This document shows, piece by piece, positions 10,796 through 19,508 of a stretch of 64,000 bases of DNA. Source of the DNA: a virus; IMG/VR virus record IMGVR_UViG_3300044712_000340, positions 1-64,000 of that record, one strand, 5' to 3'. The notes under the pieces were generated by a model that was not told where the DNA came from, did not search any database, and saw only the letters and a program-made list of their open reading frames with translations. Each line of letters starts with the position of its first letter. Positions within the stretch are counted from its first letter, which is position 1. Position numbers and translations under genes: made by a program.

Positions 10796-10872
10796 TATAT
10801 TTGTAAGTGTTTTTTCATACTTTGAATTTAATTGATTAGTTTCAAGTCCCTACTTGTTAGGGACTTTTCTTT
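10796..10872 (+). ncRNA. Candidate small RNA: TATATTTG promoter, U-rich body, intrinsic terminator
   Basis: Promoter 10796-10803; terminator AAGTCCCTA/TAGGGACTT-TTCTT 10844-10872. Confidence 0.45.
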
Positions 10873-11050
10873 ACTCCTTAAATACAGTTAATTCTATATC
10901 CCCAGCATCAGTAGTGGCTTCATGTATTTTATCCATAATTCTAGTCATCGACTTCATTAATTTCTTATCAAACAATCCGTAAGAATCCATAACTGTGTAT
11001 AACTTCCATAACTGATCTAAGTCTTCCTTTTCTATCGTTATTGCATACAT
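10871..11050 (-). CDS. Hypothetical protein (59 aa), not in ORF track
   Basis: MYAITIEKEDLDQLWKLY..., directly downstream of the RepL-like gene. Confidence 0.6.
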   Translation of the reverse strand: MYAITIEKEDLDQLWKLYTVMDSYGLFDKKLMKSMTRIMDKIHEATTDAGDIELTVFKE

Positions 11051-11053
11051 AAT

Positions 11054-11497
11054 TTACCCTCCGAATTCTACATTAAGTGTTAATTTACCTGTTTTTAAAA
11101 ATTCATTTCTAGTATCATTTCTTCCTTTCCAAAATACCATAGGATTAATAAAGTAAGTTCCTTTATCCCCCTCTAGCAATCCATTAACTTTTAAATGTTT
11201 TATAGCATTAGATAATTGTTGAGAACTTATACCTAGAAACTCAACTAATCTATTTCTTTCCCCTGAAGGTAAAAGTACTCTACCTGTATTGTATTCTGCC
11301 ATTATGCAGAACTTAGTTAATACTTTCATTTCAACTACAGATTTTAAATTAAAGAATCCTGCCATATTTTCTATATAAGTCATATAGAACTCATCTTGGT
11401 TAACCCTAACTGAGAAAGTTTTAGAGGTAGTTGTAATCTCTCCTGTCTCAGGATCCACAACTGTTTGCTCATGTTTTAATTTCTTATTCTTTATCAT
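11054..11497 (-). CDS. RepL-like replication/HTH protein
   Basis: VVDPETGEI motif, HTH, YFINPMVFWKG; TAAATTTG promoter at 11518-11525. Confidence 0.75.
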   Translation of the reverse strand: MIKNKKLKHEQTVVDPETGEITTTSKTFSVRVNQDEFYMTYIENMAGFFNLKSVVEMKVLTKFCIMAEYNTGRVLLPSGERNRLVEFLGISSQQLSNAIKHLKVNGLLEGDKGTYFINPMVFWKGRNDTRNEFLKTGKLTLNVEFGG

Positions 11498-11567
11498 GTG
11501 TACATTTTATTAGTGTACAAATTTAACAAAAACTTGTGTAATTTACAAACTTTATTTTACAATTCAA

Positions 11568-11614
11568 TTCACTCATGAGTGAACCGTTTTATGCCATGAG
11601 TGAATAGCATAACG
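11568..11614. repeat. 16-bp perfect palindrome plus a repeated half-site
   Basis: TTCACTCATGAGTGAA at 11568-11583; CATGAGTGAA again at 11595-11604. Confidence 0.85.
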
Positions 11615-11973
11615 GTAGGAATGAACGACAAATCTTGTAACTAATTAACATTCAATTATATCCTTACTTACCCCTTCTTATCTATTATGATAGGGTAGAT
11701 TTATCTACCTATATGATAAAATAAATTGAACTACAGTATGTTATCATCCCTTATGCATAATATCATACCTATAAGATAACAAGCAACCTGTATGATAACA
11801 CAGTAATGTCCAGTAAATTATAAAAAAAAACTGGACAAACATAAGCCTATACTGTAGACTAGATGGTAGATATATGAGAAGTACATATTAGTAATTTCAA
11901 AAAAAAATTATAAAAATTTTTAAAGTAACATGTATATCGTTATGTGTTTACTATTCCATAAACATACCCCCAC

Positions 11974-12325
11974 TAAGTTAGAGCGAGTGACAGTATCCCT
12001 GTCATTGTTTAGTGTGACCAAGATTGCTGAATATCCTAGAGATATTACAAATCGGAAGACTACATACTAATCACTCACTAACTTACACTGCTGATAGGCC
12101 AGATATAGTCTATCACTTATTTTGACTATCCTCTTCAGCCTATCTATATACCACAATGATGTAGTATTAACTTACAGGTTTATAAGCCTTTAGGTTAATA
12201 TTACATATCATTTGATGTAGTACTTAGGTTGATAGGTTATAGTTCTATACAGTTATGATGACATAACGTATAACTTGAATGGAAGTGTTGTTATTGTTAC
12301 AACAGAGAGAATAACACACTTTTCA
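11974..12325 (+). ncRNA. Cluster of tandem structured elements (11974-12085, 12093-12144, 12155-12212 and further hairpins)
   Basis: Nested inverted repeats, e.g. TAAGTTAG/CTAACTTA with GAGTGA/TCACTC; GATAGGC/GCCTATC; no ORF. Confidence 0.55.
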
Positions 12326-12374
12326 CCAATTTTACCAATAATTGAAAATTACTAACTTTAATAATATAGCTAAA

Positions 12375-12464
12375 ATGAAAGCAAATATACCATTAGCAAT
12401 ATACATTATAGGTACTTTAGCTGCTATTGTAGTTACAGTGTACTTCATAGTATTTGTACAATAA
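12375..12464 (+). CDS. Single-TM micropeptide (29 aa)
   Basis: MKANIPLAIYIIGTLAAIVVTVYFIVFVQ. Confidence 0.55.
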   Translation: MKANIPLAIYIIGTLAAIVVTVYFIVFVQ

Positions 12465-12469
12465 CATAA

Positions 12470-12527
12470 AGGATGAGCAAGATTAGGTCTTGTATTAAGT
12501 ATGTCAATCGCATTGACACCTCATCCT
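12470..12527 (+). ncRNA. Three-way-junction element
   Basis: AGGATGAG/CTCATCCT enclosing CAAGA/TCTTG and TGTCAAT/ATTGACA hairpins. Confidence 0.55.
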
Positions 12528-12534
12528 ATTCATA

Positions 12535-12600
12535 CATCACAAGCAGGTTTGCAACTATGAATAAGCATAGTTAAGGGTTCGATTCCATTTGTGGTGCTAA
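12535..12600 (+). ncRNA. Miniature tRNA-like element
   Basis: Acceptor CATCACA/TGTGGTG, T-loop GGTTCGATTCC, central AACTATG/CATAGTT hairpin with 6-nt loop. Confidence 0.5.
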
Positions 12601-12690
12601 TAAACGTAGAGCTGTTCTAGATACTCACAGTATTGTATAGTGATTAGGGTATTGCTTTAGCGAGCTAATTATACAAGTCTTTACGTTTAT
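12600..12690 (+). ncRNA. Structured element with terminal stem
   Basis: ATAAACGTAGA/TTTACGTTTAT closing stem, internal TTGTATA/TATACAA. Confidence 0.5.
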
Positions 12691-12749
12691 ATCTTACAGG
12701 TTAAACAGTGTTGCCTGAAAATACACTGTAATATCTTAATATCAATATT

Positions 12750-13121
12750 ATGTCATTCAATTCAATGTGTCTAGTTAATGCAGTAGCATTCAATTCAGGT
12801 AAAACCGATAAAAATGGTGAAACACCAGTATTACTTAATGTTCTTGCAGGCAAAGCTCCTAATAGGACTGTTATCTCTGGTACAATTGCAAAACGCAATG
12901 GTTATGAGTTAGGTAAGATGTACATTGTACAGATTACTGAAGGTAAAGAAGATCCTCAATATGGACGTCAATTCAACATTAACAAAATCTCTGAATGCTC
13001 AGTAACAGAAATGTTCTCAGCTATCAAGGGATTTGGTGCTGCTGAAATCTTTACGGTAGGACAAGAGCAAGATGCTTCTGTAGAAGAAGTTATTACTGTA
13101 GTTGATACAGAGATTAAGTAA
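12750..13121 (+). CDS. Early hypothetical protein, possible OB fold
   Basis: Beta-rich, DPQYGRQF motif, followed by strong hairpin 13135-13168. Confidence 0.65.
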   Translation: MSFNSMCLVNAVAFNSGKTDKNGETPVLLNVLAGKAPNRTVISGTIAKRNGYELGKMYIVQITEGKEDPQYGRQFNINKISECSVTEMFSAIKGFGAAEIFTVGQEQDASVEEVITVVDTEIK

Positions 13122-13191
13122 TCTTCTTGCAAAATAATGAAAGGTGTAGCAATGCACCTTTCTTATTACTAATTTAAAACTTATAGAAGAA

Positions 13192-13377
13192 ATGAAGATA
13201 TTTGCATTAATTTGTTTTGCATTGATTATTACTTTTGGAATAATTAATTCTTTAAATAAACCCAAAGAATTAACAATATCACTACCTGAAGAAATAAGAC
13301 AAGCTACATCTCAAGATACTTTAATATGTATTAAGAGAAATGATACATTATTCATAGAATTTAATAATAAATACTAA
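13192..13377 (+). CDS. Small membrane-anchored protein
   Basis: N-terminal hydrophobic helix. Confidence 0.6.
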   Translation: MKIFALICFALIITFGIINSLNKPKELTISLPEEIRQATSQDTLICIKRNDTLFIEFNNKY

Positions 13378-13380
13378 CAA

Positions 13381-13690
13381 TATAAAACAAGGTAATACCT
13401 AAATAGGTCTTATTAAAAGATAATTAATAAGGTTGGAAAAGACCATAATTACCTTGTTTATTTTATAGTATTGTCACGATTCCTCTAACCTCGTGAATAT
13501 CCTGTAAGTTTCAGGCTGTACCTATACTAGATGTAAATAGGATATTATACATTTGAGGCTAGTTAATTTGTATAATATGATAAAGTGAAAGGAAAGCACT
13601 TGTCTACTTTGACAAACCCAAGTTCCACGTAGCTTAATTAATTGCTATTGTATAGCTATGCTAGCAGACCAGATAGTCTGCTTTTAATTT
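13381..13690 (+). ncRNA. Structured non-coding cluster
   Basis: AAACAAGGTAAT/ATTACCTTGTTT (13385-13459), AATATCCT/AGGATATT, terminal AGCAGAC/GTCTGCT-TTT. Confidence 0.5.
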
Positions 13691-13713
13691 GTAAATCTTT
13701 AAATCTTAATATT

Positions 13714-14139
13714 ATGGAAAACTTATATTTAGGAAAGTATAATTCTGCTGAAAGTTCTAAAGAAATAACAGTAGGAAAAGGAAATTTTATGTGGCATGGA
13801 ATGATGTCTCATTTATACTTTAATAGAAGTATAATTGAATTAAATTCTATAGTAAACGAAATACAACGTATAAAAAATACTAAAGCTACTCTAATAGAAA
13901 AAGCAGTAGATTTAATAAATAATTTTCATTGGACTCATATGATGGAAGATAACAGTAACGCTACTACAAAGCAACGTAAAAAAGAGGAAGAATTAAAAAA
14001 GATTCTTGAAATATGCACAGAAGATATGTTAAAAGATATATATGTTGCTTATATACACAAAGCATTGATTCATTCTATGGGATGGAAAAGCCCTATGTCT
14101 TATGATAAATTTGTATCAAGAGAGTTACCCTTAACATAA
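13714..14139 (+). CDS. Hypothetical protein (probable start MENLYLGK at 13714)
   Basis: ATG after the repeated leader AATCTTTAAATCTTAATAT. Confidence 0.65.
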   Translation: MENLYLGKYNSAESSKEITVGKGNFMWHGMMSHLYFNRSIIELNSIVNEIQRIKNTKATLIEKAVDLINNFHWTHMMEDNSNATTKQRKKEEELKKILEICTEDMLKDIYVAYIHKALIHSMGWKSPMSYDKFVSRELPLT

Positions 14140-14161
14140 ATAATCTTTAAATCTTAATATA

Positions 14162-14752
14162 ATGAAATTAATGAAATCTAATTGGAAATCATTAGTGATA
14201 TTAATGGTTCCTGTAATCTTATTAGTTGCAGCTATTGTATATAATGTTGTAACAGTTGGAACTAGTTGCTATTTAGTAACTATGTAAGCTCAAAAAGTGA
14301 GAACATATTTAATATGTTATTACATCTCACCTTATTATTTTTCTTCTTAAATTTGTTAAACTTTAAAACTTAAAATATGACCTGGAATCAAAAACTATGG
14401 AGGGACACTCCAGAAGATGACACAGATCAAGATACTTACTGCTTGCAATGTGGTAGATATATTGATCCTAATTTCAGTAATCATAATGGATTATGTGATT
14501 ACTGTAATGAAAGAAAGTATGATAATGAAGAATTAGATTGTTGTAATAAAGTTAAATAATTATGAAAACAATCTATAAAGTACTCAAAGTTATTACTATT
14601 GTTATAGTAATATTAGCTATTATAGTATTAATTACACCTTTAATAGCATTAATATGAACTGGAACGATTTTAAAAATGAATTATTGCCTTATATTTTTAT
14701 GATAGTAACCTCTGGGTTACTGTTATATATTTATGTAAGGTATATAATATAA
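14162..14752 (+). CDS. Micro-ORF cluster: TM peptides 14162-14287, 14562-14657, 14654-14752 and Zn-finger ORF 14377-14559
   Basis: Hydrophobic 31-41 aa ORFs with ATGA coupling; CxxC..CxxC in 14377-14559. Confidence 0.55.
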
Positions 14753-14757
14753 GATAC

Positions 14758-15867
14758 TAATTAAGCTAGTTTATGAACAGCCACACCATTCGTTGTATAC
14801 AAGGAGTAATAAGGTGTAAAGAGGTGAGATGCCTCATTCGAGTAATATCTGGTTGCTAGCCAGAAATAACATATAATATTAATTAAAGAGTTGTTGTACA
14901 ACTATCCAGTAAGTTGCTGGCCATTTGAATAGTAAGCATACTTTTAAATCAGGGATACGTTTGTAATAGAAATATTATTTAGCTTTCATGAACTAGCTAT
15001 CTCAAATGAGAAATATGAATCAGTGTAATTCTGACCTACAAAGGAATAGTATTCCAATGTAACTGCTATAGGCAGTAATTAAAAAAAAATAAAGATTTGG
15101 TAACTAAATAATAATTCGGATAGAAAACCTGTAGAAATTACAGTTAATTAGACTATCAAGAGTAAAATCTTATATTATTTAGTCAACTTAGGTTGAAGTT
15201 TGAATTCAATGGTTTAGCTTACGAGCATTAAAACAATGGAGTTTCCAGTAGTTCAAACTTTACCAAATCTTTTTAAAATATAGTAATAAGTAATAATTCA
15301 GAGAATACTGATGATATTGAATAATAGAAGTAAATGTCTTTTACAATTACTAAAGAATAGTATTACTTATTACTTTAACATAATAACAAATAATATTGGT
15401 GGAGTAATTACCCAGTTTATACTACAATATGAGAGTCTATAAAGTGTCAGGTATAAGTAAATCTCCTTGGTGACTTGTGAGTAGGACACCTGCTTTGTAA
15501 TCGTATAATTAACCAATTATTTGTTATTTTTTTTAATAAAACTCTAGTTAAATCTTTTTAAAATATAACTATAAATTGATGTTTTAATGGAGTACTATGA
15601 ACAGTTTAAGAACACTTACAAGTATACCGAGTGCCATTTGAGTAATTGGTTGTGATGGAAAGAAGACAAACTAGACATTTATAGTTATTATAGAACTCTA
15701 GCTAAAGAGGATAAAGAAAGCCATGAGATAACTTATTAATTGGTTATAAGAAATAGATCGAAATAAATCTATACCAAAGATTAGAATAAAATGTAACAAT
15801 TTGTTATAGTAAAGGCTAAATTAATAAGAAGTTTATCAGGCTGTAGTGAGATTCTACAGCCACTTTT
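14758..15867 (+). ncRNA. Dense tandem array of structured RNA-like modules ending in a terminator
   Basis: Closing stems at 15091-15272, 15282-15374, 15382-15528, 15565-15688, 15727-15837; terminator GGCTGTAG/CTACAGCC 15839-15867; no ORF over 1.1 kb. Confidence 0.65.
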
Positions 15868-15885
15868 AATTTAAAATTAGTAAAT

Positions 15886-16098
15886 ATGGAATACATTACA
15901 TTGATAGGATGGAAATCTAACATAGGAAGATCATTAAATTGGTTAACAATATCAGATATTGAATGTAGTCAAAAATGGAAAAATAAAATATATTTTCCTC
16001 AAGATGTATTAACTACTGAAAAAGGATTTTTATTAGTTCAAACTACAGAAGGAATAAAAGAATTCTCTAAAAGTCATTTTGAAATTTATAAAGAATAA
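15886..16098 (+). CDS. Hypothetical protein
   Basis: ORF track. Confidence 0.55.
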   Translation: MEYITLIGWKSNIGRSLNWLTISDIECSQKWKNKIYFPQDVLTTEKGFLLVQTTEGIKEFSKSHFEIYKE

Positions 16099-16445
16099 AA
16101 TCTCTTTGCTTAGGAAGCAAGCAATAAGTTGCGGTGAATATCCGCCATGCAAGGCAAGCTAACTATAAGCTTATGATTTGGCAAATCAGCTTGCGGAATA
16201 AGACACTTAACAGAGATAGTAAACTCTTTAAAACGTAAGGTGTTACAGCCAAGTACAGAGAGATTTTTTAATATAATAGTTAATAAACCAAGAAAATTGG
16301 TTGAAGATCATTTGTTAGATATATAGATTAATTGACATAGATAACATTAAGAGTTAAAACCTGCTATAATAAGTGCGCCACTTATGATGGGATTGAAAGC
16401 AGTAGCAAGTATAATTATAGAATACAGAAATTCATATTAACTATT
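16097..16445 (+). ncRNA. Two adjacent multibranch modules (16097-16267, 16275-16445)
   Basis: AAAATCTCT/AGAGATTTT and AATAGTTAATA/TATTAACTATT closing stems with internal hairpins. Confidence 0.6.
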
Positions 16446-16476
16446 TTAATTGGAAATTAACTAAAATAATAAATAT

Positions 16477-16855
16477 ATGTGTTTAATTTTAAATAAAGAC
16501 TCAAAAAAATTGTTAGCAAAAAAAAGATATTTTTTGCTATAAATGGTTATTTAAAATACCTATTAAAGATTCAATAGATAAAAATTATAATTATAAAACA
16601 GTATATCAAAAAGTAGATGTCGTAATTGGTGAGACTTATATTTCCGAACTTAGACGTATAGACTCTGTATATTTTTCTTATATTACAAAAGGGTTACATT
16701 CATATAAACATATACCTGTTGATGTATTTTATAACGCTATTCTTGTGGAATGTATTATACCAAAAGGAGCAAAATATTATAGTGGACGATTTAATGCTAT
16801 GTCTAGTTATGCTTCTGATACATTGAAATACATTAAAATAATAAATAACTTATAA
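16477..16855 (+). pseudogene. Frameshifted phage gene (one extra A in A8 run)
   Basis: MCLILNKDSKKLLAKK / DIFCYK...GLHSY...ECIIPKGAKYYSG...YASDTL joined by removing one A at 16518-16525. Confidence 0.75.
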
Positions 16856-17002
16856 TCCAACGGAGGAATACTCATGTAACATTCGAGGATACTAATCTAT
16901 GCAGTTGAAGTGGAATTGGCTTGATCCAATCGATAGATATAGAAGGACACTCAAAAGGGATGCAGGTAGCCAATGTCTTAGAAAGGTCTGCATAAGTTAT
17001 TT
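16843..17002 (+). ncRNA. Structured module
   Basis: AAATAACTTAT/ATAAGTTATTT closing stem, internal ATGCAG/CTGCAT. Confidence 0.55.
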
Positions 17003-17025
17003 AAACTAATTAAAACAAAAGTAAA

Positions 17026-18449
17026 ATGTATATTGTAGATATTGAAAAGTTTACTTTTTTGCAAAGAGATTTTCTAGTGCCTATTTACATGGCTAGAGGG
17101 TGCTTTAACGGTAGAGATCTGCATCCAATAATTACTATTGAAGATAAAATATATGTTCTATCTCATACAAAACAAAAAGGAAAAAGATTAAATATTAAGA
17201 TAAGAATCTATGATATAGAAGGGGAATTTATTACAGGTATAAAATCTTTCAATAGCCATCTTACTGGAAATCAGTATTTAACTTTACCTTTATTTAAGCC
17301 TAATAAAATTTATTCTAATATAAGTGGGTATATAATGATAAAACCTTATTTATATGATTTAGGTCTAACTGTTAAAAAATTCAAACTAATTAAAACTGTA
17401 TAATATGAAATACAATTTAGTGGCTAGATGGCCTGGAACAGATTTATGTTATAGGGATAAGCAATGCCCTAAGTGTAAAAAAGAATATTTAGATACAGAT
17501 AAAATATTTTGTGATATTTGTGAATGTACTAAAGAAGAAACAATTGAAGAAGCTATGCAAATATCTTTAAAAGATAAATTTTCTGGTTGGACTGTATCAC
17601 CTGTTTTTGATGGGAATGAATTAGAAGATGCTTGGATGAGAGGAGCAAATTGGCAAAAAGAACAAGATCTTACTCTTATTAAAGAAGGAGTAATATGTCT
17701 GAAAGAATCTAATATTCTTCTAGAAGCAATGTCTAATAAAATAGATAAAATGTATACTGAAGAAGAAGTTTACAATATTGCATTTTTATTATGGGAAGGA
17801 TATATTCACGAAACAAAAGAATATCCTGATTATTGCACATGGTTTGAACAAAATAAAAAGAAATAATATGCCAGAAATAATAACATTAAATGATTTGCTA
17901 TTAGGGACTTTAGTAGCAATCATAATTGTAGTAGCTTATAAAGTAGCTACAGGAAAAAATTTCATTTCAAAGGAAGATAATAGTCCCACTTGGAGTGAAT
18001 TAGAAAGTAGAAGATTAAATAAAAGATGAATCCTTTGATAAAATTCTTGCTTGTCATAGCTATTATGATAAGTATAATAACATTTTGTTATATAGTATAT
18101 ACTATTATAACAAACAATAAAAACAAATAAAATGGAACTATTAGTGAGACAGAAAAGGCCATTACAGGACTTTTCAAGTGGTAAATGGGTAAATAAACAA
18201 TTTCCTATTATCTTTTATACAATAAAGGATAATAAAAGATTGGTTATAACTCATATGAGTGAGGATGTAAGATCATATGTATTGACATTAACTATAAACA
18301 ACAATTCGTGTATAGGTAAATACAATACACATGAAGATTCTTTATTGTTCAATTTAAATATGGAAGACAATAATTTAAGAATAAAAGATAATACAAGGAT
18401 AGAAGGTCTTGTATTATTAGAAAGAATTGCACCAAATGAGCCAATTTAA
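17026..18449 (+). CDS. Early hypothetical ORFs (17026-17403, 17405-17866 Zn-ribbon, 17868-18029 TM, 18026-18130 TM, 18132-18449)
   Basis: ORF track plus manual reading; tight packing. Confidence 0.6.
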
Positions 18450-18694
18450 GGCTGTGATTTAATTGATTTTAGGGTAGGTGCACCCATCTTAAAGGGGTAG
18501 ACAGTCTGGTTTTCAATAAGGCTATTCGTTTCCAGGCTGCCCTTTATAAATTTAAAAGGGGCTTAATAATTAATAACATTGATTGTTAGTATTATATGTA
18601 ATAGGTAGGCAGTTTTCCCCTCTGCCGTTATTAGGATGTGTTGGATTTATTTTCATAATTTTTAGGTTTAGGTTAATAATGTTTTGGTTAGTAT

Positions 18695-18730
18695 AGTACT
18701 ACAGGTTGCATCCTACTGTAGTGCTTTTTT
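18695..18730 (+). terminator. Intrinsic terminator
   Basis: AGTACTACAG/CTGTAGTGCT followed by T-run. Confidence 0.7.
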
Positions 18731-18752
18731 ATTTTATATTTGTAGAATATTT

Positions 18753-18863
18753 GGGTTGTATGTTACTGGGTGGTAATATCCTAATGGTATGATTTAGGAA
18801 GTGATAGAAATATGTGATATCCTAATACTATCTTATGAAGTTCGAATCTTCAACAACCCACTA
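18753..18863 (+). ncRNA. tRNA-like RNA with long variable arm and non-canonical anticodon loop
   Basis: Acceptor GGGTTGT/ACAACCC, T-arm TGAAG-TTCGAAT-CTTCA, D-stem TGTTAC/GTAATA, TCCTAA/TTAGGA with 9-nt loop; TATATTTG promoter at 18735-18742. Confidence 0.7.
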
Positions 18864-19010
18864 AAATAGTAATAATTTTATAGAAATCTATAGGAAACTG
18901 TAGACGTAAATACAATACAATATTAAGAAGATAATTTATTAATGTTGGAATGCTGGAGTTTGTATATTGGTAGTAAGAAAAGGCTAGACTATCTTAAACT
19001 ATTACTATTT
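18864..19010 (+). ncRNA. Structured module abutting the tRNA-like RNA
   Basis: AAATAGTAATA/TATTACTATTT closing stem; TCTATAG-GAAA-CTGTAGA tetraloop hairpin. Confidence 0.55.
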
Positions 19011-19031
19011 ATTGTTTAACTTAAAAAGAAA

Positions 19032-19508
19032 ATGATGAAATGGATATTAACATTAGTATTATGTCTTATTTACTTGAACATAAATCCAAGTATAAAAGAA
19101 TTAAAGGGAAATAAATTAAATTCTATTAAAAGTTTATCTATTGAAGGTAAAGAGCTAATTTACAAGAAAGTATATCAAGAAACAATAGAAACACTAAAGA
19201 GACAAGAAGGATTTAGAGCTTATTTCTACTCAGATAACGGATATCAATGTATTGGTTATGGTCAAAGAATAAAGTTTTATTCTGAGAAGATACAAGAACC
19301 AGTTACAAAAGAGCAAGCAACTAGGATTCTTGAAAAGAGTTTTAATAATCATATTAAACTAGTAAAAAGAATATATCCTAAATTAGATGATATAAGAGTT
19401 ATAGAATTAGCTCATATATCATATCAAAGTGGAATAGTAAAAGTAATTAAACTAATGAAAAATCAATATGAATTACAAAATAGTAACCAACGAACAACAG
19501 TTAATTGA
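19032..19508 (+). CDS. Phage lysozyme (GH24-like) with N-terminal hydrophobic anchor
   Basis: EGFRAYFYSD..QCIGYG motif. Confidence 0.65.
   Translation: MMKWILTLVLCLIYLNINPSIKELKGNKLNSIKSLSIEGKELIYKKVYQETIETLKRQEGFRAYFYSDNGYQCIGYGQRIKFYSEKIQEPVTKEQATRILEKSFNNHIKLVKRIYPKLDDIRVIELAHISYQSGIVKVIKLMKNQYELQNSNQRTTVN

Noticed and set aside
15300-15360. Hammerhead ribozyme (CTGATGA, stem, GAA)
   Set aside because: Core reads GAAG rather than GAAA, stem II closes with T-A, and no convincing stem I flanks a cleavage site
18753-18863. Functional tRNA-Sec or other decoding tRNA
   Set aside because: No 7-nt anticodon loop with U33, no TCA anticodon, 3' end ACTA
11974-19010. CRISPR array
   Set aside because: No repeated direct-repeat unit with regular spacers; the structure is unit-specific inverted repeats
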